Below are positions 55,124 through 64,000 of a DNA stretch of 64,000 bases, piece after piece. Made by a program: the position numbers and the translations under genes. This DNA comes from an uncultured Gammaproteobacteria bacterium. Its GTDB lineage: Bacteria; Pseudomonadota; Gammaproteobacteria; UBA9214. The notes under the pieces are model-generated. The model did not search any database. It saw nothing but the letters and a program-made list of their open reading frames with translations, and was not told the DNA's origin. Every line of letters starts with the position of its first letter. Positions within the stretch are counted from its first letter, which is position 1. The stretch is from the NCBI GenBank assembly GCA_963773065.1, contig CAVYZN010000017.1, positions 64,001-128,000 on the forward strand, given 5' to 3'.

Positions 55124-56961
55124 TCAGGGTGAAGAGGAGCCACCAGGTACCTGCCTCAGATGGGCTTCCTACATTCCTGATGAGGCTGCACCCGCCCCCG
55201 CCACCGCTGGCACCCGAAATGTTCGCCTTCTCGGCCGGCGCCCCCGGGTCGACGATGGCGCCGTTTGCCGCGAGGTCCGAGTCGCCGCGCTTACCATCGA
55301 CAAAATGCAGCGTCACGACATTGCCGTTGATCTCGGCGCCGGTCTCGCCGTCATACAAAAATGCATACCAGTGATCCTTGGGATTATCCGCGGTGGGGCC
55401 GTATTTATAATATGTTGTCGGCGACTCACCTTCCGGCAGGATGACATCAACAGTGACTGCCCCTAAATCACCACTATTCGGATTGCTAACGCCGAAACCG
55501 AACAGGCCATACGGGAAGTTGAACCCTTCAACAATCTTTGAGGGATTTGCTAACAGCGCCGCTGTCTGATCGGTCACCAATTTGAACAACAAAGGCGGGG
55601 CGGTCACCAGGGTAACGTACTTGTCGTTTATAACGTTGGGGAAGGACGCGACGTTACCCTGAACGCTGTCAGCAATACCGTCCTTGTTGCCGTCACCCCC
55701 GTTAGGCGCAGCCTCCTCTACCGTATCAGGAACACAGTCACCGTCGGCATCATCACAGATGGCGTGGCCACCGGGTGACGCCTTGATGACACCATTGGCA
55801 TTATCGAGGTCGGCATCCCCACGCCCCCCATCCACGTAGTGCAGGATGATTGTATTTCCAACGATCTCGGCGCCGGTTGCCCCGTCATACCGGAACTCAT
55901 ACCAGTGGGGTACCGTGTTGTCCACAGTAGGGCCGAACACATAATAGGTATCCGCCGATCCCCCGGCGGCAAGGGTCTCGGCGACGTTGACAGCACCGCC
56001 AGGTGCGATGCCAGTAAGATCAAACCCGGCATAGCCGTTGCTGAAATCCAGCGCGTCAAACAGCCCGGAAGATGCCGGCGGATTGGCCAGGGCGAACGTG
56101 GTCCCCAGTATGATCCAGGGACCGGATTGCCGCAGTCGCCGGGGCTTCGATCACGACGTAGTCACCCGAGCTACCCGGGAACGACGCCACATATACCTGG
56201 CTGCTGTCCTGGGTTCCGTCATTGTTGCCATCACCGCTATTCGGAGCGGCATCTTCGAGGGAGTCGATAGCCCCATCGCCGTCGTTGTCATAGCCAATCT
56301 TATTCACAATGGCCAGATTCTCGGGCTGGAGAACCATTGAACCGTCATAACCTATCAATGGCACTTCGGGAAATGAGCCGCACAAAAGAGGAAAAGGAAC
56401 AATATTGATACATCTTAACTGCGCCGCGATGGCATCGATTACATCCATGCCATCGCCCAACACCTTACCGAAGACCGTGAATCCTCCCGAGTTGTTCGGA
56501 TCATCCAGGCTTGGATTATCCGCCAGATTGAAGAACCATTCACTGGTCGCACTGTCAGGATCACTGGTCTTGGCCATTGCCAGGGTGCCGCGTACATTCG
56601 TCCTGTTAACCGGGTCTGGCTCATTTACGACAGGTGGGTCAACGGGAATATGACTGGTCCCGCTTCCGAAGAACTCGCCATTAGCGGGGTTGAAGATGTA
56701 ACCTCCTCCCTGCACCACGAAACCCGGTACGCTGCGATGGATGAAGGTTCCATCATAGTCACCGTCATTCACATAATTCAGAAAATTCCCGACGGTAAGC
56801 GGAGCCTGCGTATCGAACAGCTCGATATCAACACCACCCAGATCGGTTTGCATGCGCAGGAGGGTGTTACTCATCACTGACGCCGGCATGGAGAATGCCG
56901 CCAGCAATATGGCGAGTGTAAACGGCCTGCTGGTTAATGTTCCTGATACGATAAAAGACAT
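55080..56961 (-). CDS. Cyclophilin-type PPIase fused to two choice-of-anchor-U-like domains with a Gly-rich Cys/TM/Arg sorting tail (frameshift near 56115)
   Basis: APLTV.NFL.Y, FIHRSVPGFVVQGG, RGTLAMA, FFNL, VFGKV; 2x YGPT.DN...HWY.F.YDG.TGAEI.GN...LH.VDG.RGD.D; GGGGGCSL..WWLL..R tail. Confidence 0.8.
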
Positions 56962-57364
56962 CCCATCACTTCCGCGTGTAATTTATTATTGAGCCCAACT
57001 ATGGCCACCAGATAATAAATCATTTTTTCAATTCACGACCCTCAATAATCCCCGCATTCTTGGTAATTGATCCGGGATTACCCTCCACCAACAGCAATAC
57101 CCATCCCCACTCCGCCGCCTGATGAGAATCCGTGCCACGGCTAAATCAGAAAATCCTGCTCTCGTAACTACATGTATTTTATGTATATAATCTCGTCCAC
57201 TGCTGTGTTTAGCTAATTAACTGAATCTTATGAATAAATCTCATAGCTGTTGCTAAAGATTGCGATGGCTTGCCCGATTGTATTGTGAGGCAGCTCACTT
57301 TGTAACTGACCCGTATCCGTTTGCAGTCAACAACCATAGCAATCAACTCAGCAAAGTAATTACG

Positions 57365-60307
57365 ATGAAAAACGAAGACCATAACACCATGGCCACGGCA
57401 GAGGTGACCAATGTACAGGAACCTGCCAATGGATATTCGGGATATACGGAACGCCGCACCATGAACCGCTGGCAGTTCCGTGCTGACCAGGTTCAGTTGC
57501 TTTATCAGCAGGTGCAAACAGAACTTATTATCAGCATGCTGATAGCCGCGATCGTTACCACCATCTTCTGGGATCTCGCACCACCGGTGCTGCTGCTCGG
57601 TTGGACAATTGCAATCATCGTGACTGTTGGCGGCCGCTCCCTGTTCATTTCCAGCAAGAGCGCGGATGGGTCCATGGATGACATCGACTTCTGGGGAAGG
57701 CAGTATATCATCGGCGCAATGATATCCGGCATCTGCTGGGGTTCCCTCGGTATCTTCGCCGCCATCTTCGGTACCCTCACACACCAGCTTTTTGTGCTGT
57801 TTGTTCTGGCGGGTATTTCATTAACCGCCTATGTGTCCATGCAATCTTCTCCGAAGACGATTGCTGCTTTCGTGATTCCGACGCTATTACCGATAACCGC
57901 GTGGTTTTTCTATCAGGGTAAAAATATCCATCTGTCACTTGGCATCCTGTCGATCGTATTTGCCACCGTGATGCTTACCTCATCACGGACTATGCGCAAC
58001 ATACTGGCAAAGTCTTTCAGTCTCGGGTCTCATAATACAGAACTCATACGCAAGCTTGTCTTCGCCCGGGAAACGGCGGAGCAGGCGAAGAGTGACTCAG
58101 AAAAAGTCAATGTGGAACTGCAGGAACACATCAAGGAACGCCAACTCGCTGATGCGCGTATACGCGCATCGGAACAACGTCTGAGCGCCATTTTCGACAG
58201 TATGCAGGACACCATTTACCAGACCGACGTAGACGGGAATATGCTCTGGGCCACACCCTCTATCAGGCATCTGCTCGGATACAGTGCCAATGAAATCCTC
58301 GAAAAAAATATCAAGCACCTCTATGTCAATGAAAATGATCACGAGGACTTCAGACATGCCCTGGAAATCAATTACGGCCGGTTGCAGCATTTTGAGACCC
58401 GCCTGCTCCATAAGAATGGTTCACATATCTGGATCTCGGAAAATTCTCATTACAAGTACGATGCCAATGGCGAAATCATCGGTATCGAGGGCACTATCCG
58501 CGACATCACAGCCCTCAAGCAGGCCAAGGAAGCTCTTTACCAGGAAAAGGAACGCGCCCAGGTAACGCTGGGTTCCATCGGTGATGGTGTCGTCACTACC
58601 GACATGAATGGCGATATCGAGTACCTGAATCAGGTGGCCGAACAATCAACCGGCTGGAAACTTGAGGACGCTCGCGGCAAACCCATGTCGAAGGTACTCA
58701 ATATTGTCGATGAAAAAACTCTCGAAGCACCACCCGATGTGGTCAAGCTCTGCCTCGAAAAGGGAAAAAGCACCACGTTGGCGGGCCATCTGCTGCTGAT
58801 ACACCGCCATCGGAACCAACGCCTGTCTATCGAGGTCAATGCCTCGCCCATCAGGGATTCGAATTCGGATATCACCGGCGTTGTACTTGTATTCCATGAC
58901 GTGACTGAATTGCGCGGTCTGGCCAAGAAGATGTCCTATCAGGCCACACATGATTCGCTTACCGGACTGATAAACCGGCGCGAATTCGAGTACCGTGTCA
59001 AACTTGCGCTTGACCATGTACGCACCTCGGACACTCGGCATGCGTTGTGCTACATAGACCTCGACAATTTCAAGTTAGTAAATGACACCTGTGGCCATAT
59101 CGCCGGTGATGAGCTGCTCAAGCAACTTACCATAAAGCTGCGCCTGGAACTCCGCGAGGCCGATACGCTGGCACGTCTCGGCGGCGACGAGTTCGGCGTG
59201 CTACTTGAGGGGTGCTCTATCGAAAATGCGCACGAACCGGCAGAGAATCTGCGCAAGATCGTGGAAAATTTCCGCTTTGTCTGGGACAACAAGGCATTCC
59301 GGGTTGGTGCGAGCATCGGTTTGGTACCGATCACTGCGGAAAGCGGTACACTGACCGATGTTCTGAGCGCCGCGGACTCGGCCTGTTACGTTGCGAAGGA
59401 TCAGGGTCGCAATCGCATCCACATCTACGAACACGATGATGAGGCATTGGTCAAACGCCATGGCCAGATGCAATGGGTACAACGCATCCAGGATGTACTT
59501 GAGCAACAACGCTTTCGCCTGTTTTTCCAACCGATTGCAAAACTCAACAGGGCCAAGAGCGAGAAAAATACCATACATGGTGAAGTTCTGATACGCATGC
59601 TGGACGAAAACAATGAAATGGTTGGACCGGGCGCGTTTATTCCTTCTGCCGAGCGTTATTCCCTCATGCCAGCGATTGACCGTTGGGTCATCCAGAATAC
59701 CTTCAAGGTCCTGACCCTTGACAAGGAACGGCTGGTAACAACAGTCAGCACATGTTGTATCAATCTGTCCGGCCAGTCATTGTCTGATGAGCGATTCACG
59801 GATTTCCTCGTCAACCAGATTAAGAACTGTGGTTTCCCGCCCAATATCCTGTGTTTTGAGATTACCGAGACCGCGGTCATAGCCAACCTATGCAACGCAG
59901 CCAGCATGATCTCAATCCTGCGTGACATGGGTTGCCGCTTTGCACTGGATGATTTCGGTGTCGGCTTGAGTTCATTCAGTTACCTGAAGAACCTCCCCGT
60001 CGATTACCTCAAGCTCGATGGCTGTTTCGTTAAGAACCTGGTGAATGACACGATAGACAAGGCAATGGTAAAGGCCATTAATCGCATCGGGCACACCATG
60101 GGTATTAAAACCATTGCCGAGTTCGTCGAGGATGATGCAACGCTCCAGGCTGTTCGTGAAATCGGCGTGGACTATGCCCAGGGTTACGTCATTGCCAGGC
60201 CCATGCCAATTGAGATCGGCCTCTATGGTGAACCGATCGACATACAGTTTGCGGACAGCGGTGATAACGAACCCATCCCGATCGAGGCCTATTCAGTCAA
60301 CCGCTAG
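57365..60307 (+). CDS. Membrane PAS-PAS-GGDEF-EAL protein
   Basis: N-terminal TM helices, two PAS/PAC domains, RLGGDEF, EVLIR, EITET, LDDFG, KLDG, AEFVE, QGY. Confidence 0.93.
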   Translation: MKNEDHNTMATAEVTNVQEPANGYSGYTERRTMNRWQFRADQVQLLYQQVQTELIISMLIAAIVTTIFWDLAPPVLLLGWTIAIIVTVGGRSLFISSKSADGSMDDIDFWGRQYIIGAMISGICWGSLGIFAAIFGTLTHQLFVLFVLAGISLTAYVSMQSSPKTIAAFVIPTLLPITAWFFYQGKNIHLSLGILSIVFATVMLTSSRTMRNILAKSFSLGSHNTELIRKLVFARETAEQAKSDSEKVNVELQEHIKERQLADARIRASEQRLSAIFDSMQDTIYQTDVDGNMLWATPSIRHLLGYSANEILEKNIKHLYVNENDHEDFRHALEINYGRLQHFETRLLHKNGSHIWISENSHYKYDANGEIIGIEGTIRDITALKQAKEALYQEKERAQVTLGSIGDGVVTTDMNGDIEYLNQVAEQSTGWKLEDARGKPMSKVLNIVDEKTLEAPPDVVKLCLEKGKSTTLAGHLLLIHRHRNQRLSIEVNASPIRDSNSDITGVVLVFHDVTELRGLAKKMSYQATHDSLTGLINRREFEYRVKLALDHVRTSDTRHALCYIDLDNFKLVNDTCGHIAGDELLKQLTIKLRLELREADTLARLGGDEFGVLLEGCSIENAHEPAENLRKIVENFRFVWDNKAFRVGASIGLVPITAESGTLTDVLSAADSACYVAKDQGRNRIHIYEHDDEALVKRHGQMQWVQRIQDVLEQQRFRLFFQPIAKLNRAKSEKNTIHGEVLIRMLDENNEMVGPGAFIPSAERYSLMPAIDRWVIQNTFKVLTLDKERLVTTVSTCCINLSGQSLSDERFTDFLVNQIKNCGFPPNILCFEITETAVIANLCNAASMISILRDMGCRFALDDFGVGLSSFSYLKNLPVDYLKLDGCFVKNLVNDTIDKAMVKAINRIGHTMGIKTIAEFVEDDATLQAVREIGVDYAQGYVIARPMPIEIGLYGEPIDIQFADSGDNEPIPIEAYSVNR

Positions 60308-61162
60308 TGCTTGTCCTCATCGGCATCAGCACGATCCAGTTCGGCATCCATCTCGGATTCGGTTAGTGGCTTATATTTTTCTGCATCGCCCGCGCCTCCC
60401 GGCGTAGCCTCCCGTTTCGACATGAACCATCCTGAAAAAAAGAGTCCAAGCTTCGAATAGCAGCCACATCGGAACAGCAAGCAGTGTCTGTGAAATGACA
60501 TCAGGTGGCGTCAGCACCCCACCGATAATAAATGCAGCGACGATAATGTAGGGACGTTTCTCGCGCAGACTATCCTGCGTCACCACCCCGGTCCACACGA
60601 GCAGAACCGTCACAACCGGCACCTCAAACGCCGCGCCGAAGGCAAAGAACAGCGTGAGGACGAAATCCAGATATCGGCTGATGTCGGTCATCACCGACAC
60701 ACCCTCCGGTGCGGTGCTGGTAAAAAACGCGAATACTAGGGGGAAAACGACAAAATAGGCAAACACCGCACCGGTGTAAAACAGCATGGTACTTGAAACC
60801 AGCAGCGGCAAAACCAGGCGGCGTTCATGCTGGTATAGTCCGGGTGCAACGAAGGCCCACACTTGATACAGCACATACGGTATGGCGATGAATAACGCCA
60901 GCACCAGCGTCAGCTTGAACGGGATCAGGAAAGGCGAGGTAACCTCAATGGCGATCATGCTGCTCCCTTGCGGGAGATGGGAGGTCAATGGGCCGGATAA
61001 ACTTGAAAACAGGAAATTCGAAAACGGCATCAACGCGAGAGTGATAACAGCAACAACGAGCACTATACGCAGCAAACGACTGCGCAACTCAATCAGGTGA
61101 TAGATAAACGGCTGTTCGGTATCGTCGGGGAACGACGGGTTTTGCTTACGGTTTGTTGTCAT
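60304..61162 (-). CDS. tatC: Tat translocase TatC (frameshift in A run near 60440)
   Basis: HLIELRSRL, FVAPGLY, FEVP, LTPPDVISQ. Confidence 0.93.
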
Positions 61163-61502
61163 CCATCACATCACGGGGAGCAGTTTCTGCAGAACCAACC
61201 ACCTTTCTACCTTCCTTCTGTAGCGGTACATCTGCCGCTTTCTTCTCAGACGGATGAATGCTGCTGGTGTGTTCGATGATTTCCTCGAGTCCCGGAATCG
61301 CCGCCTGCTGGGCCAGTGTTTTCCTGAGTTCCTCAGTGGCAAGTTCGTGATCAATTTCCGCCTTCACGGATGCAACAAACCCCCGAATCTTGCCGATCCA
61401 CAAGCCGATAGAGCGGGCAAGCCGTGGCAAGCGCTCCGGCCCCACCACGATCAGGGCGATCACCAAGATGAGTAGGATCTCCGAAAAGCCGATATCGAAC
61501 AT
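61146..61502 (-). CDS. tatB: Tat translocase TatB
   Basis: MFDIGFSE...GPERLP. Confidence 0.93.
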   Translation of the reverse strand: MFDIGFSEILLILVIALIVVGPERLPRLARSIGLWIGKIRGFVASVKAEIDHELATEELRKTLAQQAAIPGLEEIIEHTSSIHPSEKKAADVPLQKEGRKVVGSAETAPRDVMDDNKP

Positions 61503-61538
61503 ATTCAGCCCGCTTGCTCGCTCATTCTCGAATCGGGC

Positions 61539-61769
61539 TCACACCTTGTCCTTGTCGCGCCCGGTAACCTCGCCGTCAATCACCCGTCCACTTTCTTTGC
61601 TCTCCAGTTTCTTGTCGCCCGGCTCTTCTTCCTCGCCTTCACGGACGGCCTGCTTGAAACCCTTGATCGCCTTGCCCAGATCTGATCCGATGGTGCCCAG
61701 GCGCTTGGTGCCGAATAAAACCATCACGATGACCAGAATGATTAATAAATGCCAGATACTTATACCCAT
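61539..61769 (-). CDS. tatA: Tat translocase TatA
   Basis: ISIWHLLI...LFGTKRL...[10 protein letters not shown]. Confidence 0.93.
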   Translation of the reverse strand: MGISIWHLLIILVIVMVLFGTKRLGTIGSDLGKAIKGFKQAVREGEEEEPGDKKLESKESGRVIDGEVTGRDKDKV

Positions 61770-61827
61770 AGTTCCTACTCCTGACCGATCGGTCGATACC
61801 ACACATATGATTTAAATCGCTAGCGTG

Positions 61828-62145
61828 CTATTTGTCGCGCGCCGCTTTCTCTTCAAGGCCGGAAAGCCCGAAGCGCCGGTTCAACTCAGCCAGTACATCC
61901 GTCGGACCCAAACCTCGCGCTGCCAGCATCACCAGTGTATGAAACCACAAGTCGGCAGTCTCACTAACCAGCCGGGCATCGTCCTCACCCTTGGCGGCAA
62001 GTATCGTTTCGGTTGCCTCTTCCCCGACCTTTTTGAGAATGGCATCCAGCCCCTTTTCGTACAGACTGGCGACGTATGAGCGTTGCGGGTCAGCACGTTT
62101 GCGCTGTTCGATTGCCTCGGCAAGTTTTTCCAGTGTTGTATTCAC
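61828..62145 (-). CDS. hisE: Phosphoribosyl-ATP pyrophosphatase
   Basis: [23 protein letters not shown]. Confidence 0.95.
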   Translation of the reverse strand: MNTTLEKLAEAIEQRKRADPQRSYVASLYEKGLDAILKKVGEEATETILAAKGEDDARLVSETADLWFHTLVMLAARGLGPTDVLAELNRRFGLSGLEEKAARDK

Positions 62146-62150
62146 GATTC

Positions 62151-62564
62151 CTATACAGCGCTATCCTTATCCCTGTCCTTTTTGTAAATGGCATCCGGAT
62201 CCTTCAGCACCGGTTCGACCGTGACCCAGCGTTCGCCCTCGAGGCGCTGGAAGAAACAGCTACGGCGCCCGGTGTGACAGGCGATCCCGCCATGCTGCTG
62301 CACTTGCAGCATGACCACGTCGTTATCGCAATCCAGGCGTATCTCCTTCACGACCTGCTCATGCCCGGACTCCTCACCCTTGCGCCACAGCTTCTGTCTC
62401 GACCGCGACCAGTAAACCGCCTTGCCTTCCCGGGCTGTCAGGCTCAAGGCCTCGCGGTTCATCCAGGCAACCATCAGAATCACGCCATCCTGTGCATCCT
62501 GTGCGATGGCCGGAACCAGACCCTCATCAGTCCATTTGATTTCATTCAGCCAGTCATCAGGCAT
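62151..62564 (-). CDS. hisI: Phosphoribosyl-AMP cyclohydrolase
   Basis: [28 protein letters not shown]. Confidence 0.95.
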   Translation of the reverse strand: MPDDWLNEIKWTDEGLVPAIAQDAQDGVILMVAWMNREALSLTAREGKAVYWSRSRQKLWRKGEESGHEQVVKEIRLDCDNDVVMLQVQQHGGIACHTGRRSCFFQRLEGERWVTVEPVLKDPDAIYKKDRDKDSAV

Positions 62565-62622
62565 GCACCGCCTCAATGGGATACATCCAGCCTAACAAGA
62601 CAGGCACAGCGCACGCCTGCTC

Positions 62623-63396
62623 CTACAATCTCATCTCGATGCCGCGTTCGGCCATATAGCGCTTGGCCTCACCGATCGAATACTCGCCAAAGTGGAAAAT
62701 GCTGGCGGCCAGCACGGCATCCGCCCTGCCCTCCAGGACACCTGCAACCAGATGATCGAGGTTTCCCACACCGCCGGATGCGATGACCGGAACATCAACC
62801 GCATCGCTGATGGAACGGGTCAACGCGAGATCAAATCCGTCCCGCGTGCCATCGCGGTCCATGCTGGTCAGCAGTATCTCGCCCGCACCGAACTCCACCA
62901 TGCGCCGCGCCCACGCAACGGCGTCGATGCCGGTTGGTTTGCGACCGCCGTGGGTAAAGATCTCCCAACGCAACGGCTCGCCCTCGGCGCTCACCTGTTT
63001 GGCGTCAATCGCCACCACGATGCACTGGGAACCGAACCGCTCGGCCGCCTCCCGCACAAACTCCGGATTGGATACCGCCGCGGTGTTGATGCCTACCTTG
63101 TCCGCACCGGCATTCAACATACGACGGATATCCGCGACTTCGCGTATACCACCGCCCACCGTGAGTGGGATAAACACTTCGCCGGCCACCTGCTCAACCA
63201 CGTGGACCATGGTCTCACGCTGGTCCGAACTGGCCGTAATATCCAGAAACGTGATTTCATCGGCACCCTGTTCATCATAACGACGCGCCACTTCGACCGG
63301 GTCGCCGGCATCACGGATATCGATAAACTGCACGCCTTTGACCACGCGACCGCCATCGACGTCAAGGCAGGGAATGATGCGTCTGGCGAGGCCCAT
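62623..63396 (-). CDS. hisF: Imidazole glycerol phosphate synthase cyclase subunit
   Basis: [34 protein letters not shown]. Confidence 0.97.
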   Translation of the reverse strand: MGLARRIIPCLDVDGGRVVKGVQFIDIRDAGDPVEVARRYDEQGADEITFLDITASSDQRETMVHVVEQVAGEVFIPLTVGGGIREVADIRRMLNAGADKVGINTAAVSNPEFVREAAERFGSQCIVVAIDAKQVSAEGEPLRWEIFTHGGRKPTGIDAVAWARRMVEFGAGEILLTSMDRDGTRDGFDLALTRSISDAVDVPVIASGGVGNLDHLVAGVLEGRADAVLAASIFHFGEYSIGEAKRYMAERGIEMRL

Positions 63397-63408
63397 GTTA
63401 CCCGACCC

Positions 63409-64000
63409 TTACTCCTGCATACCGCACAGTTCATCCGCCAGTTTCTGTGCCGCGGCAAGATCCAGCGTACCCTCGTACAGGGCGCGCCCCGTGATTGCCC
63501 CCATGATACCTTCATCAGACACCTCGCACAGGGCACGTATGTCATTCATATTGGTAATGCCACCCGAGGCGATCACCGGTATGCTTATGGACTGCGCCAG
63601 CTTGACCGTGGATTCCACATTGACACCGCTCATCATACCGTCACGCCCGATATCCGTGAATACGATGGCCTCGACTCCGTCCTGTTCAAAACGCCGCGCC
63701 ATATCGATGGCCGAGTGATGCGACAGTTTGGACCAACCGTCTATGGCGATCCTGCCGTCCTTCGCATCCAGCCCGACGAGAATGTGGCCGGGGAACTCCA
63801 GACACAGATCATTGATAAAATGCGGTGCGCTTACCGCCTTGGTGCCGATGATGGCGTACCGCACGCCGGCCTCAAGATAGGCGGCAACGGTATCTTCATC
63901 CCGGATACCTCCGCCAACCTGTATCGGCAATTCCGGAAACGCTTCCGCAACAGCCTTGATGGCGCCCGCATTCACCGGTTTACCGGCAAATGCGCCGTTA
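63409..64000 (-). CDS. hisA: ProFAR isomerase HisA (5' end outside window)
   Basis: [32 protein letters not shown]. Confidence 0.95.
   Translation of the reverse strand, partial: NGAFAGKPVNAGAIKAVAEAFPELPIQVGGGIRDEDTVAAYLEAGVRYAIIGTKAVSAPHFINDLCLEFPGHILVGLDAKDGRIAIDGWSKLSHHSAIDMARRFEQDGVEAIVFTDIGRDGMMSGVNVESTVKLAQSISIPVIASGGITNMNDIRALCEVSDEGIMGAITGRALYEGTLDLAAAQKLADELCGMQE

Noticed and set aside
56990-57012. GGCCACCA as a tRNA 3' direct repeat (attR)
   Set aside because: The match is too short and imperfect to support an att site.

Overview
Chromosomal window from a chemolithoautotrophic, sulfur-oxidising gammaproteobacterium. The left half carries purE and an unusually divergent purK, a CbbR-like LysR regulator, nhaA, dxs and a Kef-type antiporter. 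It also holds a red-type (form IC) cbbLSX operon followed by a decayed fragment of a green-type (form IA) cbbL, and a sat-aprBA cluster with no aprM or qmo. Accessory patch 1 (21.7-26.7 kb) is a REP-flanked RAYT next to a decayed, integrase-less integron cassette cluster (one intact attC, two half sites) with two TIR-domain genes, an IS701 pseudogene, a pRiA4b ORF-3 gene and a SEC-C gene. The core block runs gabD, slt, cca, ppdK, folK/folB, plsY, tsaD, rpsU, yqeY, dnaG, rpoD, tRNA-Ile(CAT). Accessory patch 2 (44.7-55.1 kb) holds IS21 and hsdR remnants, an Ig-repeat surface protein, a duplicated ~125-bp leader and a HAF-repeat gene. It also contains a phage-tail-like SGNH hydrolase gene split by two IS elements (rejoinable in frame) and cut at its 5' end by an IS66. 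The window ends with a cyclophilin/choice-of-anchor-U surface protein, a PAS-GGDEF-EAL protein, tatABC and hisAFIE. Single-base frameshifts in several housekeeping genes (sat, cca, ppdK, tatC) suggest indel errors in the assembly, so pseudogene calls are provisional. All family assignments come from motif recognition; no searches were run.
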